Positions 1 to 10,174 of a stretch of 59,676 nucleotides of DNA are shown here, piece by piece (within the stretch, counting starts at the first letter, position 1; each line of letters starts with the position of its first letter). A model generated the notes under the pieces. It ran no database searches. It worked only from the letters and a program-made list of their open reading frames with translations, and was not told where the DNA came from. The DNA is from Methanomicrobiales archaeon. Lineage in GTDB: Archaea; Halobacteriota; Methanomicrobia; Methanomicrobiales; Methanospirillaceae. The position numbers and the translations under genes are program-made. Location: contig JAPKXQ010000082.1 of the NCBI GenBank assembly GCA_026394765.1, positions 1 through 59,676 on the forward strand, in the 5' to 3' direction.

Positions 1-76
1 GCTGATTGGTGCACCCCGAAAGGAGGGCTGCACATACAACCAGTCCTAAAATCAGGATAGAGGGGATGAGTTTCAT
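1..76 (-). CDS. 5' end of a secreted/lipoprotein-like gene running off the left edge (partial)
   Basis: ATG at 76 on the minus strand, then MKLIPSILILGLVVCAALLSGCTNQ. This is a hydrophobic signal peptide ending in a lipobox-like LSGC. Only 25 codons are visible. Confidence 0.35.
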   Translation of the reverse strand, partial: MKLIPSILILGLVVCAALLSGCTNQ

Positions 77-340
77 CGTATACCCGTTTATACTGGTTTT
101 TTATCAAAACTTTATTATGTATTGAGAAATGATGCAGGGTGCCGAGCACCCGGGCATGCGATCGACATATTCCTTGATGAGTCGCGCATCTTCTGTGGTG
201 ATTATCCCTTTATCGAGTGCGTGTCGTATTGAATTATTTTCATACCCTTTCCGGATAGTAGGATGGAGCAGTACGTTCTGCATGTAAAACAGTAGTCACG
301 ATATGAAAAACTTTCTGTGATTTTATCATTCGAGACTGGA

Positions 341-413
341 AGCCTCAGGCGAGATTTGAACTCGCGACCTACACCTTACCAAGGTGTCGCTCTACCGACT
401 GAGCCACTGAGGC
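341..413 (-). tRNA. tRNA-Thr (anticodon GGU)
   Basis: Reverse complement reads GCCTCAG TGGCTCAGTCGGTAGAGCG ACACC-TTGGTAA-GGTGT AGGTC GCGAGTTCAAATCTCGC CTGAGGC T. It has a 7-bp acceptor stem, a 5-bp anticodon stem with a 7-nt loop carrying GGT at positions 34-36, and a GTTCAAATC T-loop. Confidence 0.9.
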
Positions 414-442
414 AGATTGCACCACTATCATACGTGTTGCTC

Positions 443-454
443 TATTAAAAAATT
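443..454 (-). promoter_or_regulatory. Candidate TATA box for tRNA-Thr
   Basis: The minus strand reads AATTTTTTAATA about 30-41 nt upstream of the mature tRNA 5' end. That spacing fits an archaeal TATA element plus a short leader. Confidence 0.3.
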
Positions 455-1317
455 ACCCGGATCGGGGTCAATGTATGCTGAACCACCCTTCATTTCCTCA
501 TCTCTGTTTTCCCATGAGAAAATGCCATACATGACCTGTTCATAGTATCCGCTAGCCAGGACGGTTCAGAAAAAGGAGTTCACACTTCGCCATCTTCACA
601 TCCCTCACCGCCGCACGATGAGAGGAACGCGGGGACATCATTCACTCCGTCATGCAACGAGACCACGGCAATTACAGTGACCTGGTAAGGCTCAAGTAAG
701 GGGATACCTTTCCTCATATAACCTTCAATTTTCCGTTCGAGACGTAGAGGTCCCGTGTCTCGCTATCATCACGGATGTGGAAAATGGAGAGATGGCAGTT
801 TGAGAGACGCATCCATCCCAAAGTGATCGAAGAAAACAAAATCCTAATGCATTCTGAGAAAGTCATGGATGGACAGAGGTTTTATAAAAGGCTATGAAAC
901 ACGAAGTATTTCATATCAGAAACAGACCCATTCCCCCATATTTTCGATGAAGAGGGGTACAACAAGATCTCCTGGTAATCTGATGTTGATGGCAAGATCT
1001 CGTAGAGATCGAATGTACGGGCGCCAAGAGCATTATCACGCCCCTCCACCCAGTTGAAGGAATTATGATGCAAAACCTTGGCGCCACCCCACTTTTCACG
1101 TCAGTTCACCGGTGATGGAGGTAGAACGAAGAGATACCGATCATGAAAAAGGGGTCACGCATGAGATGATAGAGTCAGGGTGTATGTCTTTTAGTCGAAG
1201 ACTATACTCCCAGATTATATGCTGGACCCCCAGGTATTTTGGCCAAATCACTACGAATACCGCCCTGTTTTTTGGCCTCCGGGTACCACAACACATATGC
1301 AGAAGAGAGAATCATAG

Positions 1318-2352
1318 ATGATGTCAGGAGGGGACCTCCCCCCGGTGCTTGTGACGAGTTCACCATCAGATGCTTGCAAAAACGAGCATGACCTGTGGCA
1401 GTCGACATTCGATGCAATCCTTGACCCGGTCTTTATCCTGGACCAATATGGTGTGATCGCCCAGGCAAACAAGGCAACCGGGTATCTCATACAAAAGTCC
1501 CTGGATACTATCGTGGGGAAGCAGTGTTACGAGGTGATGCACAGCCTCCCTGATTATATCGATGACTGCCCATTTGCGCGTCTCCTCAATTCAAAAGCCC
1601 GGGAGACAAAGGTCCTCGCGGTTGGGAGCCGATACTATAAGGTGGCCGTCGACCCTGTCTTTGGCTATGGCGGGGAGGTTTCTGGTGCAGTTCACCACAT
1701 GATGGATATCACAGATAGGATCGAGGCCGAGAAGACCGAGGCATTCCTTGCATCTATCGTGGAGTCTTCAGACGAAGCTGTAATAGGGGTGGACCTGGAA
1801 GGGAAGGTGAGGAGTTGGAACCCTGCCGCAGCGCGTATGTTTGGGTTCTCATATGACGAAGTCCTGGACAAGGACCTATCCCTGCTAAATCCAGGAAAAA
1901 GCGATACAGAAAGAGGGCTGGCCCTCACCCACATCGAGGAGGGAGTAAAAGTCGACCACTTCGAGACAAAACGCCGGCGTAAAGACGGTGGCGAGATCGA
2001 CGTCATTGAGAGTATCACCCCACTGATAGACCGGTTTGGAAAGGTGGTGGGCGCCGCAGTTGTTGTACACGACATCACCGAGCATAAGCGGGCCCTCCAG
2101 ACTCTTATCTCCTATATCACCGAATCTGCCTTAAGATTGAAGCTCCCGGTGGAACTGATCGCACAGCACCTGATCGAAGTGAGAGAACAGGCACTGACCA
2201 TTGAGGGGCGAGGAGAGGACCTTGCGCTTGCCCTCACGGTTCAGATTAAGAGTGCCGAGCAGGTGGTGGAGAACCTCCGGGACCTCAACAGAGCGATAAC
2301 CGAGGGATTTAATGAGATCCCTGATGCATACCGGATATTTCTCTCCCGCTAA
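1318..2352 (+). CDS. PAS-PAS sensor protein with a C-terminal helical region and no recognisable kinase or other output domain
   Basis: 344-aa ORF. Two PAS-like modules are visible (WQSTFDAILDPVFILDQYGVIAQANKA... and AFLASIVESSDEAVIGVDLEGKVRSWNPAAARMFGFSYDEV...HDITEHKRA). No H-box or HATPase motifs were seen. Confidence 0.7.
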   Translation: MMSGGDLPPVLVTSSPSDACKNEHDLWQSTFDAILDPVFILDQYGVIAQANKATGYLIQKSLDTIVGKQCYEVMHSLPDYIDDCPFARLLNSKARETKVLAVGSRYYKVAVDPVFGYGGEVSGAVHHMMDITDRIEAEKTEAFLASIVESSDEAVIGVDLEGKVRSWNPAAARMFGFSYDEVLDKDLSLLNPGKSDTERGLALTHIEEGVKVDHFETKRRRKDGGEIDVIESITPLIDRFGKVVGAAVVVHDITEHKRALQTLISYITESALRLKLPVELIAQHLIEVREQALTIEGRGEDLALALTVQIKSAEQVVENLRDLNRAITEGFNEIPDAYRIFLSR

Positions 2353-2383
2353 ACGAGAACATCGCCTAACCCGGCTCTTCTTT

Positions 2384-2794
2384 TTAGTCCGCGATATCAA
2401 TTGTGTAGTTTCCCACGCTGGTCCCTGCCCCGCCGTAAGCAACTTCAAAGTCCCATGCCCCTCCGGGCTTTAAATCGATGGTACTTGCAGACCCATCGCT
2501 TAGGAACCCCCCGGTTTTATCATAGAACTTAACCACGACACCTGTCACATCGATGATCGCAGGTCCCCTGTTCTTTGCAGTCCCAGACACCAGGTACCGG
2601 TTACTCTCTGGATCGATAGACCCCTGGTGCTGGAGAATTACTATCTGGCCTGTTATATCCTGCATCGGTGGGCCAGAGGGCGCGGTCGTGGTCTGTGGTT
2701 TTTGGCCCGATGGGTTCCCGATGCATCCTGTAATAATGACAATGATCATCAGGCAAAACCACATAGAAAGAAACCAGGATCTGTCCATTTTCAT
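2384..2794 (-). CDS. Small secreted lipoprotein, FxLYD-domain-like
   Basis: Signal peptide plus lipobox (MIIVIITGC). Beta-rich domain with VSGTAKNRG...VVVKFYDKTGGFL...LKPGGAWDFEV, which matches the FxLYD pattern as I remember it. Confidence 0.5.
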   Translation of the reverse strand: MKMDRSWFLSMWFCLMIIVIITGCIGNPSGQKPQTTTAPSGPPMQDITGQIVILQHQGSIDPESNRYLVSGTAKNRGPAIIDVTGVVVKFYDKTGGFLSDGSASTIDLKPGGAWDFEVAYGGAGTSVGNYTIDIAD

Positions 2795-2944
2795 GCGGAG
2801 TAACTGCTCTTCGCACCATAATTAACCCTTATGCCAGCCCTCATGCAGGTAACACCCAGTATGACGGGTATCTCCCGAAAGATCTGTTGTGAGAGAGGCA
2901 AAGACCAACATTATAGGGTTCCGAAGCGACATTATTGCGATTCT

Positions 2945-3988
2945 ATGGCCACGGCTCAGGAGATTGCTAAGCGACTTAAGGAGATAGTCGATCGGGATCT
3001 CACGTTCATGCATATATGCGGGACGCATGAAGCAGCGATAGCCAGGACAGGACTGCGCAGCCTCCTTCCCGCACGCGTATCCATAGTGATGGGGCCCGGC
3101 TGCCCGGTCTGCATCACTCCCCAAGGTGAGATCGATGCGGCCATCGCTCTCGCTGAGGCGGGATGCATCATTACGACCTATGGCGACCTTCTAAGGGTCC
3201 CAGGGTCTAAGACCTCCCTGGAGTCGTGCGGCGGTGACGTCCGGGTCGTCCAGGGAGTCCACAAAGCAGTCGAGATCGCAGCCCATGAGGACCGGGAGGT
3301 AGTCTTTGTATCAGTCGGCTTTGAGACCACGGCCCCCACCGTCGCTGCCGTTCTCCTCTCTTCTCTTCCTAAAAATTTCAGCATCCTATCCTGCCACAGG
3401 CTCGTCCCTCCCGCGATGCGCTGGCTCCTTGCCCAGGGTGAGGCCCGGCTCGACGGCTTTTTGCTCCCAGGCCATGTCTGCACGGTAATGGGGTACCAGG
3501 AGTATGAAGAGTTCCCTGTACCACAGGTGGTGGCAGGGTTCGAAGCCGAGGAGATCTTACTTGGTCTCCTCATGCTTGCCACCCAGGTACGAGAGGGAGT
3601 GTCCAGGGTGGAGAATGCGTACCCCCGGGCTGTCAGCCGGGAGGGTAACACCAAGGCAAAGGCGATGATGTACCGTGTCTTTGAGCCTTGTGATGTTGAA
3701 TGGCGTGGATTTCCGGTAATACCCGCATCAGGCCTGAAGCTGAGAGAAGAGTTTTTGGACCGTGACGCTTTGGCACGGTTCGGGATCACAATTCAGCACG
3801 TAAAGAGTTCTTCCCCATGCCTCTGTGACCGGGTGCTCCGCGGCATCGCCCGCCCTTCAGACTGCCGGCTCTTTGGGACCGCCTGTACTCCCCGCACGCC
3901 TGTTGGGCCCTGCATGGTCAGCCACGAGGGGTCATGCAGGATATGGCACCTCTACCATACCAGGGACCCCACAAAGCGACCCACTTGA
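2945..3988 (+). CDS. hypD: [NiFe]-hydrogenase maturation factor HypD
   Basis: Motifs MHICGTHE, GPGCPVC, GFETTAPT and C-terminal GPCMVSHEGSC. The ORF opens at 2831, but the ATG at 2945 (MATAQEIAKRL) gives the usual length of about 347 aa. Confidence 0.9.
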   Translation: MATAQEIAKRLKEIVDRDLTFMHICGTHEAAIARTGLRSLLPARVSIVMGPGCPVCITPQGEIDAAIALAEAGCIITTYGDLLRVPGSKTSLESCGGDVRVVQGVHKAVEIAAHEDREVVFVSVGFETTAPTVAAVLLSSLPKNFSILSCHRLVPPAMRWLLAQGEARLDGFLLPGHVCTVMGYQEYEEFPVPQVVAGFEAEEILLGLLMLATQVREGVSRVENAYPRAVSREGNTKAKAMMYRVFEPCDVEWRGFPVIPASGLKLREEFLDRDALARFGITIQHVKSSSPCLCDRVLRGIARPSDCRLFGTACTPRTPVGPCMVSHEGSCRIWHLYHTRDPTKRPT

Positions 3989-4310
3989 GGGGGTCACTTG
4001 GCGCCAGCCGAAATTGCACTAGGGTCGAATCATCACTGCAAAGTAGGAGTTACGCAAAATGATTCCAGATATCAAGATATGGAAATTTTAAAATGTAAAT
4101 TAATACCCAGAGTCAATTAAATCCAGTTATTAAAAACTCTGAACTGCGTAAGTCCTACAAAGAATGATAGTCAGGGGAAGATCCGGGTGCATTGATAAGC
4201 ATTGCACGATTTTAACACTCTTTTTGCGCGATCCCGTTATGCAGCAAAGAAATGGTTAAGTGAAGAGTCATCGCTTTATAATAAAAGAGAGTATCCCGAT
4301 GGATCACACC

Positions 4311-5510
4311 ATGAGAAACATCAAGGTTGAAGCCCTACACCAGACACCCCTCGAACAGCAGGAGATCGAACTGGTCGAACGGAAGTGTGCAGGCCACCCG
4401 GACAGCATCGCGGATGGGATCGCAGAGGCAGTGAGTCGAGCACTCTGTAAAGCGTACCTTGAGGAGTGCGGGGCGATCCTGCACCACAACACCGATCAGG
4501 GGGAGATCGTTGCGGGAGAGTCCTTACCGCGGTATGGGGGAGGAAAGATAATCAAGCCTATCTACGTCCTCCTGGACGGTCGTGCGACCAAGAACTTCGA
4601 TGGGATTCGCATCCCTTCCGATGCAATAGCTGTGGAAGCAGCCCATAAATATATCAGGAGCATCATTCCAGCCCTGAACCTCGATCGGGATGTTATCATC
4701 GACTGTCGTCTCGGGGTCGGGTCAACTGATTTAAGAGACGTTTTCACTCCGTGCCAGACCCGGATCCCCAGGGCAAATGATACTTCATTTGGCGTGGGGC
4801 ACGCTCCATTCAGCGAGACCGAGACCATTGTGCGTGAGCTGAGTGCGTACATCGATGACTTTTTAAGACCGAAATATCCTGCAATAGGACAGGACATCAA
4901 GATCATGGGCCTACGTGACGGGAGTGAGATCACCCTGACTATTGCGTGTGCGATGGTAGACCGCTACTGCAGTGACCTCCCTGAATATTTACGGTACAAG
5001 GAAGTTATGGAGGAGGACCTCGCAAAGGTGGCCGGGAAGTACACCGGAAGAAAGGTCCGGGTCCAGGTGAACACTGCGGATGACGTCAACACAGGGAGCG
5101 TCTTTCTCACAGTTACCGGCACTTCGGCAGAGATGGGAGACGACGGGTCAGTCGGCCGGGGTAACCGGTGTAATGGCCTTATTACCCCCAACCGGCCGAT
5201 GAGCATGGAAGCAACATCGGGCAAGAACCCCATAAATCATATCGGGAAGATCTACAACCTCCTCGCAACTCAGATCGCAACTGATTGTGTCCAAAAGGTT
5301 GACGATATCGAGGAGATCTATGTCCGCCTACTGTCCCAGATCGGGGCTCCGATTGACCACCCCCTGGTCGCGAGTATTCAGATCCTCCCCAAAGGTGACA
5401 CCAATATTACGAGGATCAGGCCCGATATCGAAGCGATTGTGAATGAGGGATTAGCCAATGTCACCTGCGTCACCGAACGCGTGATCCGTGGGGAGCTAAA
5501 GACGTTCTGA
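4311..5510 (+). CDS. mat: Archaeal-type S-adenosylmethionine synthetase (methionine adenosyltransferase)
   Basis: MRNIKVE...[27 protein letters not shown] is the typical archaeal MAT N-terminus. Length is 399 aa from the ATG at 4311. Upstream in-frame starts exist at 4260 (GTG) and 4299. Confidence 0.9.
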   Translation: MRNIKVEALHQTPLEQQEIELVERKCAGHPDSIADGIAEAVSRALCKAYLEECGAILHHNTDQGEIVAGESLPRYGGGKIIKPIYVLLDGRATKNFDGIRIPSDAIAVEAAHKYIRSIIPALNLDRDVIIDCRLGVGSTDLRDVFTPCQTRIPRANDTSFGVGHAPFSETETIVRELSAYIDDFLRPKYPAIGQDIKIMGLRDGSEITLTIACAMVDRYCSDLPEYLRYKEVMEEDLAKVAGKYTGRKVRVQVNTADDVNTGSVFLTVTGTSAEMGDDGSVGRGNRCNGLITPNRPMSMEATSGKNPINHIGKIYNLLATQIATDCVQKVDDIEEIYVRLLSQIGAPIDHPLVASIQILPKGDTNITRIRPDIEAIVNEGLANVTCVTERVIRGELKTF

Positions 5511-5518
5511 GCCAGTTT

Positions 5519-6427
5519 ATGGACATATCAGGGCAAACAGGGGTTGATGCGCGAACTACCTGTTCTGGATCAGTCAGGATCGCGATCCCTAACAAGGGGA
5601 GGATCGCCGCACCAGTCCTTGAGATTATGGAGCGAAGCGGCCTCCATCTCCTGGAAGGGGGTGCCCGGCAGCTCATCTCACGGACCACAGACCCCCATGT
5701 AGAGGTCCTGTCAGCACGTCCGATCGACATCCCAGAGTACGTCGCTACCGGCGCGGCAGACCTCGGGGTCACCGGCCATGACATGGTATGTGAGCGAAGG
5801 TCCTGCGTTGAGGAGATCCTCGATCTTGGGATCGGACGGGCCCGCCTAGTCCTCGCGGTGATGGAGGACTCCCCAGTCACTACACCCGCCGATCTGGCGA
5901 ATGGTACGATAGCGACTGAGTTCCCCTCGATTGCAAGGTCTTTTTTCCAGGATAAGGGGATACCAGTATCGGTCGTCCAGGTGGGTGGCGCCTGCGAGGT
6001 AACTCCCCATCTCGGTATCGCCGATGCCATCATTGACCTCTCCAGCTCAGGCTCTACCCTTGCACAGAACCGCCTCAGAGTCATTACAGAGGTTCTATTA
6101 ACGAGCACTATTTTGATCGCCAATCCTGCAGCCCTCAAGAATAAGGCGGATAAGATCGAAGAGATCCGACTCGCCCTCGAGAGTGTGGTCGCCGCAAGGG
6201 GGAAGTGTTACCTGATGATGAATGCCGGACGGTCATCTCTTAATGCAGTAAAGGCAGTCCTCCCCGGACTCTCGGGGCCCACGGTGATGGAGGTCGCCTC
6301 AAGTGAAGACCTGGTCGCGGTCCACGCAGTTGTCGGAGAGGAAGCTGTATATCGCCTCATCACGCAACTGCGGCGTGCAGGTGCGCGGGACATACTGGTC
6401 ATGCCGATCGCGAGGATGATTCGGTGA
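5519..6427 (+). CDS. hisG: ATP phosphoribosyltransferase (long form)
   Basis: [24 protein letters not shown] near the N-terminus, about 300 aa, with a C-terminal regulatory-domain-like tail. It directly precedes hisA. Confidence 0.85.
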   Translation: MDISGQTGVDARTTCSGSVRIAIPNKGRIAAPVLEIMERSGLHLLEGGARQLISRTTDPHVEVLSARPIDIPEYVATGAADLGVTGHDMVCERRSCVEEILDLGIGRARLVLAVMEDSPVTTPADLANGTIATEFPSIARSFFQDKGIPVSVVQVGGACEVTPHLGIADAIIDLSSSGSTLAQNRLRVITEVLLTSTILIANPAALKNKADKIEEIRLALESVVAARGKCYLMMNAGRSSLNAVKAVLPGLSGPTVMEVASSEDLVAVHAVVGEEAVYRLITQLRRAGARDILVMPIARMIR

Positions 6428-7143
6428 AGCGAATGGACGTCCTTCCCGCGGTGGACATCCTTGGGGGTAACTGCGTCCAGCTCGTACAGGGAGAGCGTGA
6501 GAGCGCAACATTGTACGGGTCCCCTCGCTCCTGTGCCGACCGTTGGGTCAGGGAAGGGGCGTCGGCCTTACATATCGTCAACCTGGACGGCGCCTTTGGT
6601 CAGTCAGGTGCAAATGCCACCCTGGTGCGTGAGATTGTACATGACACCGGAGTCACAGTCCAGCTTGGAGGGGGGATACGCTCGCGCGAAGATGCACGGG
6701 GGTGGCTCGATACTGGGGTCGATCGGGTTATCCTCGGTACTCTCGCGGTCAGGGACCCTTCAGCGGTCACTGACATTGCGAATGAATTTGGAAAGGACTG
6801 CGTAATGGCCGGAGTAGATACCAGGGGCGGGCAGGTCGTGATTGAGGGGTGGCGTGAGGCACAGGGAGATTATCTCGCATGGGCTCGACGCTTTGCATCA
6901 GGTGGCGCGGGGGGCCTCCTCTTCACCAACGTGGACGTGGAGGGTTTACAATCCGGAATAGTTATTACGCCCATCCAGGAGATTATCCGGGAGGTCAAGA
7001 TCCCGGTCACTGTAGCTGGTGGGATCTCATCACCAGCAGATGTCACCCTTATCAGGGAAACAGGCGCCGCAGCGGTGGTCCTCGGTTCTGCGCTCTATAG
7101 TGGGAAGATAACTCTTCGGTCTGCAATGGAGGCGGCACAGTGA
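6424..7143 (+). CDS. hisA: ProFAR isomerase HisA
   Basis: [20 protein letters not shown]...[10 protein letters not shown]...GGGIRS...VAGGISS. The GTG start overlaps the hisG stop (GTGA). Confidence 0.85.
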   Translation: MKRMDVLPAVDILGGNCVQLVQGERESATLYGSPRSCADRWVREGASALHIVNLDGAFGQSGANATLVREIVHDTGVTVQLGGGIRSREDARGWLDTGVDRVILGTLAVRDPSAVTDIANEFGKDCVMAGVDTRGGQVVIEGWREAQGDYLAWARRFASGGAGGLLFTNVDVEGLQSGIVITPIQEIIREVKIPVTVAGGISSPADVTLIRETGAAAVVLGSALYSGKITLRSAMEAAQ

Positions 7144-7721
7144 GGGAAGCAGGACTCTCACGTACGACCGGGGAGACCAGGATTGACCTGTCCCTGTCCC
7201 TCGATGATGCCTCAATAGCGTCCATCAGGACAGGGATCCCATTCTTTGACCACATGCTACATGCGATGGTAAAACACGGTCGTTTTGGCCTCATGGTGGA
7301 GGCTGAGGGGGACCTTGATGTCGATGCTCACCATACCATCGAGGATGTCGGGATCGTGCTTGGAGAAGTGGTCAGGCAGCTGATCGGGGGCGGGCATGGG
7401 ATTCATCGTTTTGGGCATGCCATCGTCCCCATGGATGAGTCGATCGCTACTGTAGCCATAGATTGCGGTGGGAGGGCTTACCTCACCTATCATGTTCCCT
7501 TCACTGGGTTGAGCGTGGGAACCATCGAGGTAGAGATATTCGAGCACTTCTTCTATTCCCTCTCCAACCATGCGAAGATAACAACCTACATCAAGGCTGA
7601 TGGGCGCAATGACCACCACCTCTGTGAAGCAGTCTTTAAAGCATTCGGCATCGCGCTATCAGATGCAGTTGCTAATACCGGAGACCCCGGGGCAGTCCCG
7701 AGTACGAAAGGCACACTCTGA
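7140..7721 (+). CDS. hisB: Imidazoleglycerol-phosphate dehydratase
   Basis: [15 protein letters not shown]...[11 protein letters not shown]...[14 protein letters not shown]...[14 protein letters not shown]. The GTG start overlaps the hisA stop (GTGA). Confidence 0.9.
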   Translation: MREAGLSRTTGETRIDLSLSLDDASIASIRTGIPFFDHMLHAMVKHGRFGLMVEAEGDLDVDAHHTIEDVGIVLGEVVRQLIGGGHGIHRFGHAIVPMDESIATVAIDCGGRAYLTYHVPFTGLSVGTIEVEIFEHFFYSLSNHAKITTYIKADGRNDHHLCEAVFKAFGIALSDAVANTGDPGAVPSTKGTL

Positions 7722-7861
7722 TGTTTCCATGGGCTGGACCCATGCAAGAGAGCTACTTTATCAGAAGCACTCGTGAATCTTCACATCAGGTATAACCCGA
7801 TAAAATCTTAAATTTTGTTCCTGATTTGAATTCTAGCATGAAATCATAAGGAATTGCATAC

Positions 7862-7918
7862 AGCGAAAAGAAAAGAGGAGATGCCACCTTGCTATTGCCG
7901 GTGTTCGGATCTCCTTTT
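7862..7918. terminator. Candidate bidirectional terminator between hisB and the histone gene
   Basis: Hairpin pairing 7877-7882 with 7909-7914 (GGAGAT/ATCTCC) plus an inner CACC/GGTG stem. It is followed by TTTT on the plus strand and by TCTTTTCTTTTC on the minus strand. Confidence 0.4.
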
Positions 7919-7931
7919 AAGAGATTAATAT

Positions 7932-8138
7932 TTACGCGGACTTTGCCGCGAGTTCAACATCCTCTTCTTTGATGGTCTTCCGACCGGCATGCATCGCGAG
8001 TCTGTTTGCCTCGTTTGTGAGGTTCGCGATATATGCTTCAGCTTTGGAAACAAGGGCCTGTGCGGCGTCGCTTCCAACACGTTCAGCCCCATTCTTCTTG
8101 GCAATCCGTACAACTGCAGCAATAGGTAAATCTGCCAT
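7932..8138 (-). CDS. Archaeal histone (HMf family)
   Basis: MADLPIAAVVRIAKKNGAERVGSDAAQALVSKAEAYIANLTNEANRLAMHAGRKTIKEEDVELAAKSA, a 68-aa histone fold. GAGGT lies 7 nt upstream of the ATG at 8138. Confidence 0.9.
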   Translation of the reverse strand: MADLPIAAVVRIAKKNGAERVGSDAAQALVSKAEAYIANLTNEANRLAMHAGRKTIKEEDVELAAKSA

Positions 8139-8170
8139 TTTATTTACCTCAATGAACAATATCTCAGTAA

Positions 8171-8178
8171 GTATTTAA
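8171..8178 (-). promoter_or_regulatory. Candidate TATA box of the histone gene
   Basis: The minus strand reads TTAAATAC about 36 nt upstream of the histone ATG. Confidence 0.3.
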
Positions 8179-8335
8179 GCATTTCGTATGTTTTTCGCTA
8201 ATTCGAAGCGTTTTACCATATCAGGCGAAGCAGAGAAGGCCTATCAGACATTCGAGGCAATTCCCACGCCCCCTATTTACTCTATAATCTGAAGGTTTTT
8301 TCAAGTTTCCTGCATTATAAAGAGGAATTTCAGAA

Positions 8336-9094
8336 TCAAGGCTGTGCGAGGCGCTCTGCGAGAAGGATCGCGTGGGAGAAGTCAGGCGAAGCGCGTGAGG
8401 TATCTATGAAGATCTTTCCGATATTTACGACAGGAGCACCATGACCAGTCCCACCACCGAGAAAGACCAGGGTCCGGAATATCAGGTTCCCGGTGATGCC
8501 ATCAGGGGCAAGGATCATACCTGAGTGCTCAATCGCCTCCTCTATCTGGATCTCGTAGTGCTCTGCATCGGCGATTCGAGCGGTAAGTTCAGCATCAGCA
8601 AGGCTTCGGTCAACCGCGTCGTGCCGCCCGATATCCCCATATCTCCCCCCTGATATGATAGCAACGGTATCAGGGAGATCGAATACCTTAGCAAGGTTCC
8701 GCCCATGACGGATCAGGGAGACCTTCTCAGCGATGCTCCATCCCTCATCTACTCCGACCGGAGCAAGGAGGAATTTCTTCTTTGATGGGGTCTCGAGGAG
8801 GGCGATCCTCTCAAGGCGGGGGACCCCCATTGCATGCTTGAGGGTCCGAAGCGTCTGGTTTGCAGGTAGAGACCCCCGCACAGCGGCATCGATAGTACCC
8901 CCAAGGAGGTCACGTACAAGGTCTTCATGGGGGTGTTCAGACTCCCTGATGGTGAAAGGGAATTCAGCGGTGTCAAAGGTCCCTGACCTGCAGTAGCAGA
9001 TGATCTGGGATGACACCTTTCCTGCGGTGAGGCTTGCGAGGACTGCTCCTGCGTCCTCTCCAACCCCAATTCCAATCGTTGTCATATAAACCAC
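8336..9094 (-). CDS. mtxX: Methanogenesis marker protein 4 / MtxX-like (phosphotransacetylase-related fold)
   Basis: MTTIGIGVGED... N-terminus and a C-terminal LAPDGITGNLIFRTL...GAPVV...IDTSR segment resembling phosphate acetyl/butyryl transferases, as described for this methanogen-restricted family. About 250 aa. Confidence 0.55.
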   Translation of the reverse strand: MVYMTTIGIGVGEDAGAVLASLTAGKVSSQIICYCRSGTFDTAEFPFTIRESEHPHEDLVRDLLGGTIDAAVRGSLPANQTLRTLKHAMGVPRLERIALLETPSKKKFLLAPVGVDEGWSIAEKVSLIRHGRNLAKVFDLPDTVAIISGGRYGDIGRHDAVDRSLADAELTARIADAEHYEIQIEEAIEHSGMILAPDGITGNLIFRTLVFLGGGTGHGAPVVNIGKIFIDTSRASPDFSHAILLAERLAQP

Positions 9095-10089
9095 TTTGTC
9101 TCTGAGAAGAGGTGCATAATCCCGTCCTGGGTGAAGTCAAAGACCGATGCATCCTCCCTGCAGTAGCTGACCCTCAGTGCACGGCTATCGTCTACAGACC
9201 CAATCGAGGCGGCGGATATCCCAACCCTGGCAAATCGTTCGATGACCTCATGGACATGTTCCTCACGGGCGGTGATGATAAAACCCATACCAGGGTACAT
9301 CCGTACCCACTGGTCAAATGAGATCCCATTCGCCTTGAGATCTGGCCTGGGGATCGCCTCCAGATCGACAACTGCCCCCTTCCGGCTCACTTCGAGGAGC
9401 ATTCCAAGCGTACCGATAACTCCCGGGTTGCTGATATCCTTGCCTGCGGTCACTAGATGCGCTTCACCGAGTTCTTTTAAGACTGCGATCTGGCTGCGCA
9501 CGACTTCCGGGGACTTCATGGTGACGCTGTCCCAGTTGAGGATGCAGGAGGGATGAACCCGTCCGTCAAGATCGATCGCGGCAATGATCCTGTCCCCTGT
9601 GTTCGCGGTGTGGCTGTAGATCACCGCGTCCCTTCGTGCTACCCCCAGGATGGCGACATCAATGACGCTATACGGCGTATCAGGGTGGAGATGCCCACCA
9701 ACAACTGGTACCCCAAACTGTGATGATGCGTCATGCATCCCCTGTATGACCCGGTCCTTGATAGCCGTCGACGCGATCGAGAAGATGTCTACGAGAGCGA
9801 TGGGTGTCCCGCCCATCGCCGCGATGTCATGGATGTTCACGAGGATGGCACAGTAGCCGGCCCAGTAGGGGTCGGCCTCCATGAGACGGCTCCATATGCC
9901 ATCGGCAGCAAGAAGGAGGACCTCGTCCCCATGAGCGATCACTGCGGCATCCTCACCGAATGATGCAAGAATACCTTCAGAGTCGATTCTTAGTGCCCTC
10001 ACCATGTCGCCGATGGCATGTTTCCGCGTGACACCCTCGTACTCCCGCACCGAAGTGGCGATCTTCTCAGTGGAACAGTTGTGAAACAC
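9082..10089 (-). CDS. AIR synthase-related protein (PurM/HypE/ThiL superfamily), probably methanogenesis marker protein 2
   Basis: FGEDAAVIAHGDEVLLLAADGI...AILVNIHDIAAMGGTP...VVGGH...GD. 335 aa. Its 3' end overlaps the start of the MtxX-like gene by 13 nt. Confidence 0.55.
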   Translation of the reverse strand: MFHNCSTEKIATSVREYEGVTRKHAIGDMVRALRIDSEGILASFGEDAAVIAHGDEVLLLAADGIWSRLMEADPYWAGYCAILVNIHDIAAMGGTPIALVDIFSIASTAIKDRVIQGMHDASSQFGVPVVGGHLHPDTPYSVIDVAILGVARRDAVIYSHTANTGDRIIAAIDLDGRVHPSCILNWDSVTMKSPEVVRSQIAVLKELGEAHLVTAGKDISNPGVIGTLGMLLEVSRKGAVVDLEAIPRPDLKANGISFDQWVRMYPGMGFIITAREEHVHEVIERFARVGISAASIGSVDDSRALRVSYCREDASVFDFTQDGIMHLFSETKWFI

Positions 10090-10174
10090 GCGGTATCACC
10101 GGACACAAAGAGATTGCAGTATGCTATTTCAGACTCATCTCACATAATGTATTTGATAATTCTTGGAAGTGGTC

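Noticed and set aside
1112-1321. 69-codon ORF whose stop overlaps the PAS gene ATG
   Set aside because: It has a GTG start, many rare codons (AGA, CGA, ATA, CTA) and an implausible sequence. The ATGA overlap is probably coincidental.
5470-6138. 222-aa minus-strand ORF opposite hisG
   Set aside because: It is an antisense shadow ORF with Arg/Ser/Pro/Thr-rich composition and no motifs. The plus-strand hisG call is far better supported.
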